From: Octopus bimaculoides
Lineage: Eukaryota
Length of the DNA stretch: 64,000 bases
NCBI RefSeq assembly: GCF_001194135.2
Contig: NC_068996.1
Span: 9,289,804-9,353,803 of the forward strand
Direction: 5' to 3'
In this document: piece by piece, positions 24,726-37,452 of the stretch
How positions within the stretch are numbered: the stretch's first letter is position 1
Layout of the letters: every line of letters begins with the position of its first letter
Program-made: the position numbers and the translations under genes
Notes under the pieces: model-generated
Told to the model about the DNA's origin: nothing
Database searches by the model: none
The model's input: the letters and a program-made list of their open reading frames with translations, nothing else

Positions 24726-25529
24726 ATTCAACTGCAGTTTGTTATGTGTCTCTAAGCAACATAGATGCTTATGATTAGCTCAACTTGCTTGATTGGTGAC
24801 TGGGTTAACCATTCTTACTCAGCATGTGAATGAGTGATCCATGGCTCACAAGAGCACCCAGTCACTAAAACTAAAAAGCAATTTTCTCTACAAGAACCTA
24901 CCCCAGCCATACAAACATTGGGAAAATGGCCATAAAAATAGAGAAATTATGAATAAAAGAATTAACTACTAATAGGTTTCCAATGTGAAATGGTTTCGGT
25001 CATTGTCAGAACCATAAATGAGGAGCAAGGACATGTTTAACTTTAAACTATAAGACTAATTTCTCCTCCTCCTCCTTTTGTTTCCTCTTCTCCTTCTTCC
25101 CCTCTTTTCCCCCACCTCTTCCTTCCTCTCACCTCCTACTTTCTGCTCATTTACCAGCTAGGAATGCTCTTTAATATAAATCCTTCAACCAAGAACTACA
25201 AGTGAAACCCCTATTTTTTGGCTCAGTAGACCAAATCAAAATGCTTGATCCAAGTTTGCCTAGCGAACCAGAATATAACAAATACAACTTTGCCATTTTG
25301 TTTTATGTAAATTGTCTAACAGAGAAAGAATTGCCCCAGGTGTGTGTGTGGATATATATATATGTATATATATATATATGTGTGTGTGGATATATATATA
25401 TATATATACACTATACACACACACAAAATGACTCATCTGCTGAGTTTGATATATGCCATGCATGAAATTCAGCTCTTGAGTCACTTTGTAATTTTTGCCA
25501 ATTAAAAGTAATAAAATATATATGCTTCC

Positions 25530-25850
25530 TAACTACATGGTTCCAAGTTCAGTCCCACTGAGTGGCTCCTAGCGCAAGTGTCTTCCACCTGAGTTTGAGG
25601 CTGACCAAAGCCTTGTGAGTAGATTTAGTAGATGGAAATAGAAAGAAACCTGTCATATAGGCATGTGTTTGTGTCTGTGTTTGTCCCCTATCGCTGCTGG
25701 ACAACCGGTATTGGTGTTTATGTCCCCATATCTTAGTGATTTGGCAAAAGTGACCAATAGAATAAGTACTGGGGTTGATTAATTCAACTAAAAGTTCTTC
25801 AAGGTGATGCCCTAGCATGGTCACAGTCTAATGACTGAAACAAGTTAAAG
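25530..25850 (+). mobile_element. SINE family A (5'-clipped)
   Basis: catggttccaagttcagtcccactg...gcatggtcacagtctaatgactgaaacaag. Confidence 0.85.
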
Positions 25851-25900
25851 ATATATCCTCATGTTCTATTCATCTGGTTTATTCTACCAAACTACACATG

Positions 25901-25944
<44 letters not shown>

Positions 25945-26891
25945 AAATAAAAGAATATGACTAGTGTTGTATTTTGTCTAAATTATTCTACACATATACA
26001 TGGCCATTTTCATTATGTAACTGCTTATTTGTTCATAAATCCTTACAGCTTCTGTCAACTGTTCAAAATGCCTGAAGAAATGGTTTGGTTATGTAATTCA
26101 CATTATGAAATTTCATATTATGTAACACATTTATGAACAAATAAATAGCTATGCTATGGAAATGTGCATAGCATACTTTGAATAAAACATACACTTTATT
26201 CATATTATTTTATTATATTAACACTGTGTTACATGTACAGAATGTGTTGCTACAAACAATGGATTCATGGCATACTTAACCCCTTGACTCCATAATTAAA
26301 TTTCATGGTTATTCCTGTCTACTTCTGCAATATTTCTTTCAGTACCTGCTATAAGAACAGCTTTCACATCCACCACTAAGACTATTTGATTCTTATTCTT
26401 TATAGAGATACTTGATGAAATATGTGCAAAAATTTAGAAAATCAGAAAAATTGTCTTTTTGCAAAAAGTTTAATTGGTGTCTCTACTTCTCACGGAATTC
26501 TTTCTTGTTTCTTTGTTTGTTCTTTTTTTTTTTTTTTTTTCAAAGCATATGGGGTAGAAACTGCCTTCTGCAAGTAACAGTCATACAATTTTGAGTGGAT
26601 ATATCTGCTTGTCACATTCAAAGGATTAATGCAATTCAACTGGTTAATATGCATTGCTTGTCTGTTAACTGAATGGTAGATAATAAATATTACTGGTCGT
26701 ACTCCTGGGTACCCTGTTAGCCAAATACACACCGGAGTACGAATGAGTTAATTGCCTGGATTGTTTAGATCCACACCACTTAACAGGTATGTGTGTATGT
26801 ATGTATGTATATGCATATATGTATATGTGTATATAAATATGCATATGTATATATAATATATATATGTGTGTATTATATATGTACCTGTGTA

Positions 26892-26958
<67 letters not shown>

Positions 26959-27207
26959 GCTGTTGTTGTGGTTGCTAGTGTTAGAGCTGCTAATGCTACA
27001 AAGTATTGCTATTATATAAAGGTAGCAGTTTGTATGTTATGTATTGGTATGTAAGTGGAGGTAGGACGGGGTTGATACTATACTTTCCAACTTCAATCTG
27101 ATCTTTAGCTATGTTAAGATGCAACTGTCAAGATGTGATTGATCTTGTATGGTGTAGTATACTGTGCCGGTTAGCTTGTGTTTCTATGTGTGTGGAATAT
27201 ATATATA

Positions 27208-27266
<59 letters not shown>

Positions 27267-28243
27267 NNNNNNNNNNNNNNNNNNNNNNNNNNNNNNNNNN
27301 NNNNNNNNNNNNNNNNNNNNNNNNNNNNNNNNNNNNNNNNNNNNNNNNNNNNNNNNNNNNNNNNNNNNNNNNNNNNNNNNNNNNNNNNNNNNNNNNNNNN
27401 NNNNNNNNNNNNNNNNNNNNNNNNNNNNNNNNNNNNNNNNNNNNNNNNNNNNNNNNNNNNNNNNNNNNNNNNNNNNNNNNNNNNNNNNNNNNNNNNNNNN
27501 NNNNNNNNNNNNNNNNNNNNNNNNNNNNNNNNNNNNNNNNNNNNNNNNNNNNNNNNNNNNNNNNNNNNNNNNNNNNNNNNNNNNNNNNNNNNNNNNNNNN
27601 NNNNNNNNNNNNNNNNNNNNNNNNNNNNNNNNNNNNNNNNNNNNNNNNNNNNNNNNNNNNNNNNNNNNNNNNNNNNNNNNNNNNNNNNNNNNNNNNNNNN
27701 NNNNNNNNNNNNNNNNNNNNNNNNNNNNNNNNNNNNNNNNNNNNNNNNNNNNNNNNNNNNNNNNNNNNNNNNNNNNNNNNNNNNNNNNNNNNNNNNNNNN
27801 NNNNNNNNNNNNNNNNNNNNNNNNNNNNNNNNNNNNNNNNNNNNNNNNNNNNNNNNNNNNNNNNNNNNNNNNNNNNNNNNNNNNNNNNNNNNNNNNNNNN
27901 NNNNNNNNNNNNNNNNNNNNNNNNNNNNNNNNNNNNNNNNNNNNNNNNNNNNNNNNNNNNNNNNNNNNNNNNNNNNNNNNNNNNNNNNNNNNNNNNNNNN
28001 NNNNNNNNNNNNNNNNNNNNNNNNNNNNNNNNNNNNNNNNNNNNNNNNNNNNNNNNNNNNNNNNNNNNNNNNNNNNNNNNNNNNNNNNNNNNNNNNNNNN
28101 NNNNNNNNNNNNNNNNNNNNNNNNNNNNNNNNNNNNNNNNNNNNNNNNNNNNNNNNNNNNNNNNNNNNNNNNNNNNNNNNNNNNNNNNNNNNNNNNNNNN
28201 NNNNNNNNNNNNNNNNNNNNNNNNNNNNNNNNNNNNNNNNNNN

Positions 28244-28294
<51 letters not shown>

Positions 28295-28297
28295 ATA

Positions 28298-28568
28298 TGA
28301 GCGAGGTCGTTGCCAGTGCCACTGGACTGGCTCCTGTGCAGGTGGCACGTAAAAACACCATTTTGAGCATGGCCATTGCACGTAAAAGCGCCCACTACAC
28401 TCTCAGAGTGGTTGGCATTAGGAAGGGCATTCAACTGTAGAAACTCTGCCAGATCAGATTGGAGTCTGGTGCAGCCATCTGGTTCACCAGTCCTCAGTCA
28501 AATCGTCCAACACATACTAGCATGGAAAGTGGACGTTAAACGATGATGATGATGATGATGATGATGAT
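28298..28568 (+). mobile_element. Family B (RTE-type 3' end)
   Basis: Same subrepeats and tail as 24371-24725. Confidence 0.88.
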
Positions 28569-29112
28569 ATATATATGTGTGTGTATGTAAGCATTTCAAC
28601 TACTGTCTATACTGCCATGGTTTCTATGATAGAATACCCTTCCTAACAGTAACTACATAATGATCAATTGGTAAATATGAGTGGATAAAGGATAAAAACG
28701 ATGGACAGATGTCAAGTATGAGTGCTCAGAGGAGAGGGAGTGATGACTGCCAGTACATAAATGAGGGCATGAAATAGTTTGAAGTAGCAGATTCCAATTT
28801 CATTTCATAATCACAGCTCCATAATAACACAATGTAGATGAGAGAATTGTAGAGGAAAGGAGTGATAAAGAGAAGTGTGCGGTTAAGTGCCAGGGGTGTG
28901 AGGGGGAGGGGAGAATTGAGAGGTGGGTAAAATGGGAGTGGAGTGATGATAATTAGGAGGATTGCAAGTCGATAGGAAGTGACTCTGATGAGTGACCCAG
29001 TTGTTTGGATAAGGGGGAAGAGAAAAAAAGTAGTTGTAGACTTAACAAAGACATTCTTTGAGAGAACCAGCTGTGTGGATAATGTACACACACACACGTT
29101 TCCACAACTTCG

Positions 29113-29340
29113 GCGAGCTGGCAGAATCGTTAGCACGCCGGGCGAAATGCTTAGTGGTATTTCGTCTGCCGCTACATTCTGAGTTCAAATTCCGCCGAGG
29201 TCGACTTTGCCTTTCATCCTTTCAGGGTCGATTAAATAAGTACCAGTTACGCACTGGGGTCGATATTATCGACTTAATCCGTTTGACTGTCCTTGTTTGT
29301 CCCCTCTGTGTGTAGCCCCTTGTGGGTAGTAAAGAAATAA
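29113..29340 (+). mobile_element. SINE family C, full length and young, with 18-bp TSD
   Basis: CACGTTTCCACAACTTCG at 29095-29112 and 29341-29358. The central gcctttcatcctttcagggtcgattaaataagtaccag resembles the shared central domain of Meta/Sauria-type SINEs (from recollection). Confidence 0.92.
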
Positions 29341-29559
29341 CACGTTTCCACAACTTCGCTAGTGTGTGTGTGTGTGGTTGAGAAGCTTTCTTTCCAAGCA
29401 TTGCTCTTGGGTCTTAGGTTCACTTCCACTGCATCGCACCATGTGCAAATATCTACTACTACAGGTTTGGGTTAACCAAAACATTGAGTAAATTCAGTAG
29501 ACAGAAACTGCAAGAATGCTTTTGTGTTTGTGTGTGTGTGTTTGGTGTACCCTTACTTT

Positions 29560-29760
29560 GACATGTGATGAACATCACTGTCATATATGTGGAAGTTGTC
29601 CATTTCCAGTCTGCTGTAGAAAACATCATGGGAAACATTATCTTGCTTGGAAACAGCTGAGTGAGGGATGGCAACAAGTGGGGCATCTGACTGTAAGAAA
29701 TCTACCTCAAACAAATTCCGTCTGACCCATGTAAGCTTGGAACGTCATCATCATCATCAT
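29560..29760 (+). mobile_element. Second LINE-tail-like repeat variant
   Basis: gggaaacattatcttgcttggaaacag...ggcatc...aatctacctcaa...tgacccatg. Related copies at about 36775-36920 (+) and 38535-38665 (-). Confidence 0.65.
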
Positions 29761-29902
29761 TATATATTCAGGGTGTCTGTAAATTTCTTTTACAGTTTAA
29801 AAAATTCAGAAAAACATTTGTCATACTGAAGTTGCACCACTTGCATCCAAGAGATATTTTCCAATAAGATGCTGCTCCACCCTATTGATGAGATTGAATG
29901 TT

Positions 29903-30028
29903 CAGTCCCACTGCGTGGCACCTTGGGCAAGTGTCTTCTACTATAGCCTTGGGCCGACCAAAGCCTTATGAGTGGATTTGGTAGACGGAAACTGAAAGAA
30001 GCCTGTCGTATATATGTATGTGTGTGTG

Positions 30029-30059
<31 letters not shown>

Positions 30060-30265
30060 ATATGTTTGTGTGTCTGTGTTAGTCCCCCAACATCACTTGA
30101 CAACCGATGTTGGTGTGTTTATGTCCCCATAACTTAGCGGTTTGGCAAAAGAGACCGATAGAATAAGTACTGAGCTAACAAAGAATAAGTCCTGGGTTCG
30201 ATTTGCTTGACTAAAAGGCAGTGTTCCAGCATGGCCACAGTCAAATGACTGAAACAGGTAAAAGA

Positions 30266-30268
<3 letters not shown>
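29903..30268 (+). mobile_element. SINE family A (5'-truncated)
   Basis: ttcagtcccactgcgtggcaccttgggcaagtg...ggccacagtcaaatgactgaaac. Confidence 0.9.
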
Positions 30269-30306
<38 letters not shown>

Positions 30307-30559
30307 GCATAGCTCAGGGTTCCTGTTGCTGTTTTGTTATGGTTTAAGAACTCTAATTATGTTGTTGTTTTGACTGATTTGCTTTTATTGGAACAATTTA
30401 AAGTCAGGCATCATGGTTTCCTGTATATCTGGGAAAATTATTAATGCATTAAATAATCTTCTTTTGGTGTTATCATGGTTGTTGTTGTTGTTCTTGTTGT
30501 TGCATAATGCCAAGTCTGTCTTGATCAACCTCATATATTACCTTTTGTTTCATGTTTTA

Positions 30560-30785
30560 TCTTTTACCTGTTTCATTCGTTGGACTGTGGCCATGCTGGG
30601 GCACCAGCTTGAAGGGTTTAGTCAAACAAATTGACCCACAATTCTTGTTTTCTAAGCCTGTTACTTATTTTATCCATCTCTTTTGCAAACAAACCAACAC
30701 CAGGTGTCAAGTGCTGGGACAAACACAGACAAAAAATGCACACACACACATAAATGCATACACACGTACACACACACATACACTC

Positions 30786-30832
<47 letters not shown>

Positions 30833-31092
30833 TGAATAATAATAAAAAGACACAAAGACAATATAAAAACAACAAATGCTGTATTAGTTTATTGCTCAGG
30901 AAAAATGGAAGAAATCTTTAATATTTCAAACACATAGATGATGGGCTTCTTTCAGTTTCCATCTACCAAAACCACTAACAAGGCTTTGGTCAGTCCAATG
31001 CTATAATTGAAAACACTTACCCAAGGTATCACACTGTGAGATTGAACCCAAAACCATGTGGTTAGGAAACAAACTTCATACTACACAGCTTG
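30560..31092 (-). mobile_element. SINE family A with an expanded internal microsatellite/AT insert
   Basis: Tail at about 30560-30730, head at about 30940-31092. Confidence 0.8.
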
Positions 31093-31929
31093 TGCGTATG
31101 TAGTCAAGACATTTCATTTTGGCCCTTTATTCGAGCTTCCTGTATTTAGGGTGGTTATGCTCAAACTGCAGCTCACTGGACTTTTTGAATGGCAAACCTA
31201 AACAACAAATTACTTTGTATATTTGTAGCAATGAGACATATCCCAATTCAGCCCTTTTCTCGGAAAGGGTTGCCCGTGGTTGATCTAGAACATTACTTAG
31301 CATCCTTTAACAAAAATTGAAAAAAAAAAAAAAAACACTTGTGATTTGAGAAGTATTTATTTGGCTGCTATTTCTAGCAAGTCATTTAACTTGCCAGAAT
31401 CTTCCTTGTTTTGTTGGTGACCTGTGTACTTTTATAGTACCACAAATAGTTTAGCCTTGTAAAAGACCTTGCTCTGGCAAACACAATGCTATGGATAGTT
31501 AGTCAGTGATATTGTTGTTGTTTTTTTGTATTTTAATAAGTTTTTTTTTTCAAGGTTGTGTTGGTATTCTAACACAAATTAGAAGCAATGTAAAAAATTC
31601 TCCACTTAATACTGATAAATAAATAAATAAATAAGAATAAAAATAAAAATAAAAAGTCACAATTTGCAATTTTTTTTTTTACTTTTACATATTTTTCTTT
31701 ATTTCTGTGACCTAAATTATTTATTCATTGTCAACGCTGGTGCACTAATATTAAATATTATTACATACTTGAGATTTCTAAGATGTGGCGTGAATTTAAG
31801 ATGTGATGTACACTTTTCTAAAAAAATATAAGACATCTTTGAATGAAGTGTTAAATTACAGTGAGGTGAGTAAGTGTGTCTAAGATGTTTTAATTCACCT
31901 AAATGACCCAGTGTCCAGACCTAGTTGTT

Positions 31930-32365
31930 TAATGGTTTCAAATTGTGCCACAAGGGCAGCAATTTTGTGGGGAGTGGATGAGTTGATTACATTGATCCCA
32001 GTACTCAACTGGTACTTATTTTATCGACCCTGAAAGGTAAAGTCGACTTCAGTGGAATTTGAACTTAGTATGTGGCGAAGAGCGAAATACTGCTAAGCCT
32101 TTCATCCCTGCATGCTAACGATTCTTATTTCTTTATTGCCCACAAGGGGCTAAACATAGAGGGGACAGACAAATGGGTTAAGTCAATTACATCGACCCCA
32201 GTGTTCATCTGGTACTTATCTAATCGACCCTGAAAGGATGAAAGGCAAAATCGACCTCGGCGGAATTTGAACTCAGAACATAGTGACAGATAAAATACCG
32301 GTATGCATTTCGCCCGGTGTGCTAATGATTCTGCCAGCTTGCCACCTTAATAATAATAATAATAA
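31930..32365 (-). mobile_element. Two tandem SINE family C copies
   Basis: Motif gtacttat.t.atcgaccctgaaagg...gaatttgaact occurs twice (about 32010 and 32210). Confidence 0.85.
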
Positions 32366-33183
32366 GTGGCAATAGGCTAGAAATGGTTTAATGCTGCTGG
32401 TCGGATACCAATTCCCCTAAGACTGCTCCTAGTTCTGGGATATAAATTCCTGGTTTAAAAAAAAAAAATAATCATCTAAATTAAAAAAAGAAACTTTCCG
32501 TCAAAATTTCATGTTTGTATTTTACGTTGCAAACACCAGTTTTAATATCAACAAAGTTATTTTTACTAAATTCTACATAATTTTTCAAAATTAACCGAAA
32601 CGAATGAAGTGCGTTTCAACAGAAATAAAATGACAAAAGGTTTGAACAGTAAAAGACTTGGTTTTGAGGCTAAGTTGTTGGTGTTATGTAATTTGATGAA
32701 AGGGGGGAGGTGTTTGCCAGCATGCTTATTTAGATAGAGATGAAGTTTTCTCTTTGTGTTGCCTCTGAGACTCAGAGGTGCTTGATGGGTCATCACCACC
32801 TCCATCATTATCATCATCATCATTGTTGTCATCATCATCGTGTGTGGCTTAGTAACAGCTGCTTGGATCCCTAAAATATGAGGATTGTCTGTCAGGCAGT
32901 AGAAGTGTGACATGACATCCTCATCATAATCTCTCCAACCCCCCAACCCCCCTTCACTNNNNNNNNNNNNNNNNNNNNNNNNNNNNNNNNNNNNNNNNNN
33001 NNNNNNNNNNNNNNNNNNNNNNNNNNNNNNNNNNNNNNNNNNNNNNNNNNNNNNNNNNNNNNNNNNNNNNNNNNNNNNNNNNNNNNNNNNNNNNNNNNNN
33101 NNNNNNNNNNNNNNACATTTACTGCGTCCACTGCTACCACCAACATCTAAGCCAACAGCTTCATATCCACCAACATCAGCACC

Positions 33184-33215
<32 letters not shown>

Positions 33216-33515
33216 CAACAACAACAGCTACTATAGCACCACCACTGCATACACCAACATTACCAACCTTGACTGATACCACCATCATACCCACCAACAC
33301 TATCGCCACCTCCACAACACCACCATCTCCTCCAACACTACCAATGCCACCATCTTCACCAACATCTATACTTCCACCACCACCACCACCATTGTCATTA
33401 TTAGTTGTAAAATGCTGGAAACAACAAAACAAAAACTATGTACCTCTTCCTCTCCTCCCTCTTGAATCAGCATCTTGTCTTATTCAGCTGTTTGTCTCTT
33501 TCTTTCTTTCTCTCT

Positions 33516-33565
<50 letters not shown>

Positions 33566-34339
33566 NNNNNNNNNNNNNNNNNNNNNNNNNNNNNNNNNNN
33601 NNNNNNNNNNNNNNNNNNNNNNNNNNNNNNNNNNNNNNNNNNNNNNNNNNNNNNNNNNNNNNNNNNNNNNNNNNNNNNNNNNNNNNNNNNNNNNNNNNNN
33701 NNNNNNNNNNNNNNNNNNNNNNNNNNNNNNNNNNNNNNNNNNNNNNNNNNNNNNNNNNNNNNNNNNNNNNNNNNNNNNNNNNNNNNNNNNNNNNNNNNNN
33801 NNNNNNNNNNNNNNNNNNNNNNNNNNNNNNNNNNNNNNNNNNNNNNNNNNNNNNNNNNNNNNNNNNNNNNNNNNNNNNNNNNNNNNNNNNNNNNNNNNNN
33901 NNNNNNNNNNNNNNNNNNNNNNNNNNNNNNNNNNNNNNNNNNNNNNNNNNNNNNNNNNNNNNNNNNNNNNNNNNNNNNNNNNNNNNNNNNNNNNNNNNNN
34001 NNNNNNNNNNNNNNNNNNNNNNNNNNNNNNNNNNNNNNNNNNNNNNNNNNNNNNNNNNNNNNNNNNNNNNNNNNNNNNNNNNNNNNNNNNNNNNNNNNNN
34101 NNNNNNNNNNNNNNNNNNNNNNNNNNNNNNNNNNNNNNNNNNNNNNNNNNNNNNNNNNNNNNNNNNNNNNNNNNNNNNNNNNNNNNNNNNNNNNNNNNNN
34201 NNNNNNNNNNNNNNNNNNNNNNNNNNNNNNNNNNNNNNNNNNNNNNNNNNNNNNNNNNNNNNNNNNNNNNNNNNNNNNNNNNNGTGGTCTTCTCTGTCTT
34301 CTTCTCGTCATCATCATCATCATCATCATCATTATAATA

Positions 34340-34500
34340 ATTAGGCAGTGAATTGGCAGAATCATTAGCATACCATAAAAAAATGTTTAGCAGCATTTTG
34401 TGAGTCTCTGTGTCCTGAGTTCAAATTCCGCTGAGGCTAACTTTGCCTTTCATCCTTTCAGGGTCAATAAATTGAGTACCAGTCAAGTACTGGGGTTCGA
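34340..34500 (+). mobile_element. SINE family C
   Basis: gaattggcagaatcattagca...ctgagttcaaattccgctgagg...actttgcctttcatcctttcagggtc. Confidence 0.85.
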
Positions 34501-34944
34501 TTTGTGTGTGTGGGGTGGGAGGCTGTTGTTGTTATTCGGTCAGTATTGATCAAGCGGACATATGACCACAAGCATTCCAGCTGTGACAGTCCTGTTTTAT
34601 TTCTATGTGCAGAAGCAAGCCCTAGGTCACATTACCCAGCATGTCACTTTCTAAGGCAGTAGGTGTGACTTGAGGGAGACTTGGCTGCGATTTCTGGCAC
34701 AAAGAGGCTCTTCTATCAGCTCAGTATGATTTATCGGTACTATTTCATGGAAATGGAAAGCACCATCGATGGGGGAAGGGGTTGTGGGATTCAAACTCAG
34801 TGTATTGGATTAATGAATAAAGGCTAAAAAGGTAAGTCAATCCAGCTCAGTATTGAAGTATAAGAATATTCTGCATGAAATAACAACTTTGCGAAGTTTG
34901 GAATCATTAGCACTATTTCAAGCTCTACATTACACACTGCATTA

Positions 34945-35350
34945 CTCTCTTTTACTCTTTTAGTTGTTTCAGTCCCTTGACTGTGGCCATGCTGGAGCAC
35001 TGCCTTTTAGTCGAGCAAATCGACCCCAGGACTTATTCTTTATAAGCCTGGTACTTATTCTATCGGTCTCTTTTGCCGAACCGCTAAGTTACGGTGACGT
35101 AAACACACCAGCAATCGGTTGTCAAGCGATGTTGGGGGGCTTCTTTCAGTTTCCATCTACCAAATTCACTCACAAGGCTTTGGTCAGCCCGAGGCTATAG
35201 TAGAAGACACTTGCCCAAGGTGCCACGCAGCGAGAATGNNNNNNNNNNAGGCTATAGTAGAAGACACTTGCCCAAGGTGCCACGCAGCGAGAATGAACCC
35301 GGAACCATGTGGTTTGTAAGCAAGCTACTTACCACACAGCCACTCCTGCA
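34945..35350 (-). mobile_element. SINE family A, with a duplicated segment across a 10-N gap
   Basis: Family A reverse complement. Identical aggctatagtagaag...cgagaatg on both sides of 35239-35248. Confidence 0.88.
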
Positions 35351-35609
35351 CACATTTACACTAGATTACATACTATACTGCACTGAATATCTGTATTTTA
35401 CATAGTCTTACTTTGCATTTGTGCATATGAGCTAATGAGCTGGCCATTATTTTGACACTAAAAATAGTGGTTAAATCTATCTATCTCTCTCTCCCTTTCT
35501 TTCTTCCCCCCTCTCTCTCTTTCTTTCTCCCCCCCCCCTCTCACAATTTAAACCNNNNNNNNNNTCCCCCCTCTCTCTCTTTCTTTCTCCCCCCCCCCTC
35601 TCACAATTT

Positions 35610-35822
35610 AAACCAGCCATATCCAGACCCAAATACTCTACCTGTTTTATGTTGAAACCAGCCAGATCTGACTTCTCACACCTACGCTACAATGTCATTC
35701 TAAAAATATACAATCATGTCATCAAAATCTCAAAGCTGTGAGATAATGCATTATTAATTAAAAACAATTGAATAAATAGTCATTACATTTCACAGACTAA
35801 TCTGAAAGCTAAAGGCTTAATT
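35610..35822. mobile_element. piggyBac-type MITE (family F)
   Basis: Family F body ending atctgaaagctaaaggcTTAA. Confidence 0.7.
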
Positions 35823-35916
35823 TAATCATAGGTAGATGTTCTGTGTCTGAATAAAAGACAGGACTGGAACACTTCTGACCACCAGTGTTCCAGTCCTGTC
35901 TTTGACCACCAGTGTT

Positions 35917-36097
35917 CGCCATCATTGGCAGTCCTGTGGAGGATGCATTCTCACTAGTAGGCCCTTAGAAAGTGTAGTTCTTTTGCATTCTGCAAGATGA
36001 TGTCAAGCCTCAGGAGATCTTCCTTAATCACGTCCAGCCATCTGGTGTGAGGCCCACCAACAGAGCCTCTTGCACCTCACAGCTGCTGCACAGTTGA
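35917..36097 (-). pseudogene. RTE-clade LINE ORF2 C-terminal fragment
   Basis: Minus strand AAVRCKRLCWW / GPHTRWLDVIKEDLLRLDIILQNAKEL, which parallels the RTE C-terminal IR.RRLRW.GH...GRP..RW.D.I..DL. Confidence 0.65.
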
Positions 36098-36554
36098 GAG
36101 ATTCATTTTGAAATCAAAAGGTCTCAGTTTTAACCCTTTGCCTGTCCTGTTTATCTCCTGTGATAAGCAAGGACATATTTCCCTACTGTCTCAGCATCCT
36201 GTATGTGATACACATTCACATATTTTTTTTTGCAACCACCGGAGTAACTTGGGATTTATTAAAAGAAAGCTTTGTATTACTCAGAATACATGAAACAGGG
36301 GCTAACTCATAATCTGAAAACAACCATGCTTGTATGCGTATGCATACGTGTGTGTGTGTGTGTATTGATACGTGTATGTGTGTATGTATATGTTCTTTGT
36401 TATCTATGCTTGTATACGTATATTGTGTATGTATGTGCTTATGTAACTTTGCTTCATATATGTGATTGGTTGCTTGACACATTCCTACCTCCCCTACCCT
36501 TTCTTGGTTTTCGAAACCAAGAAAAATGTATGAATTTTTCCTGGTTTCCCTCAG

Positions 36555-36619
36555 CAAATTTTTTACAACAATGGACTGAAAATCTGTGTAGCGCCTTAAA
36601 GTTACATAATACACATTTG
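36555..36619 (+). other. Candidate 65-nt exon
   Basis: tttttcctggtttccctcAG|...catttg|GTAAGT. Only one frame is open (NFLQQWTENLCSALKLHNTHL). No homology recognised. Confidence 0.3.
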
Positions 36620-37394
36620 GTAAGTCTTTTGAAATGTGTAGTACGTAAGTACCTATCGCATTCCCTTCACCCACAGACTGTGTGTATGTGTGTTTTGTGT
36701 GTGCTCCTGTCTTTATGTTATGCTTGTAAACAAGCATCACCATATTAGAAGCAATGTTATTTGTGAAAATATATCTGATCATAGGGAAATATTACTTCAC
36801 CTGGAAACAGGTTAGAGTTGGTAATAGGAAAGGCATCCAGCTATTGAAAATTTGCCTCAACAATTTCCATTTGAACAGTACAAGCATGGCAAAGTGGACG
36901 TTAGATGGTGAAGATGATGGTTAAGTTGACGACTATGATGATGACTATAAACAAAGATTTTATCCACCAAATGATGTTACATCTCAGTATCTGGTTGGTT
37001 TAAGTAAAGCAATGAATTCCTCCATCACCTGATACTTTAATGTGTTATAAATGCAATACCTGGTTTAAGTAAATGAGAACAACTCCCCCCAACCATATGA
37101 TACACTGTTAAAGGGAAATAGAACCACAAACATTCACTTACATTCATTTAAGAAAAACAATGAAGAGCTTGTAAAATTAACAAAAGTTAATATTTTTACT
37201 TTTATAACACCAAACTGGAATTAGATTTTATGTTTGTACAATTTAATTTAATAAAGTCACTAATTAGGTCTCGGGTGATCTGTTACTTTCCTGCTAACAA
37301 ATAAAGCTCGTTAATGCAAGCAATAAGCGTGATGGGGCTCGGTGTAATAATCTCACTATCACCGTTAATTAAAGAGACCTTTCTTCAGAAATAG

Positions 37395-37452
37395 TACTGT
37401 CATGAAACAGAGAATCAAGTGTTGCTAAGATCTGCAAATGAGTTAGCAATTG
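37395..37452 (+). other. Candidate 58-nt exon (64 nt from the upstream AG at 37388)
   Basis: Donor attg|GTAAGT. YCHETENQVLLRSANELAI is open only from the downstream TAG acceptor. Confidence 0.2.

Noticed and set aside
28893-28936. Potential G-quadruplex
   Set aside because: One long loop, and purine-rich tracts are common here. No supporting context.
35190-35615. Exact direct repeats around the two 10-N gaps
   Set aside because: Overlapping contig ends joined by filler Ns, an assembly artefact.
36216-36782. 188-aa minus and 158-aa plus ORFs
   Set aside because: Largely (TG/TA)n-derived composition, no homology recognised.
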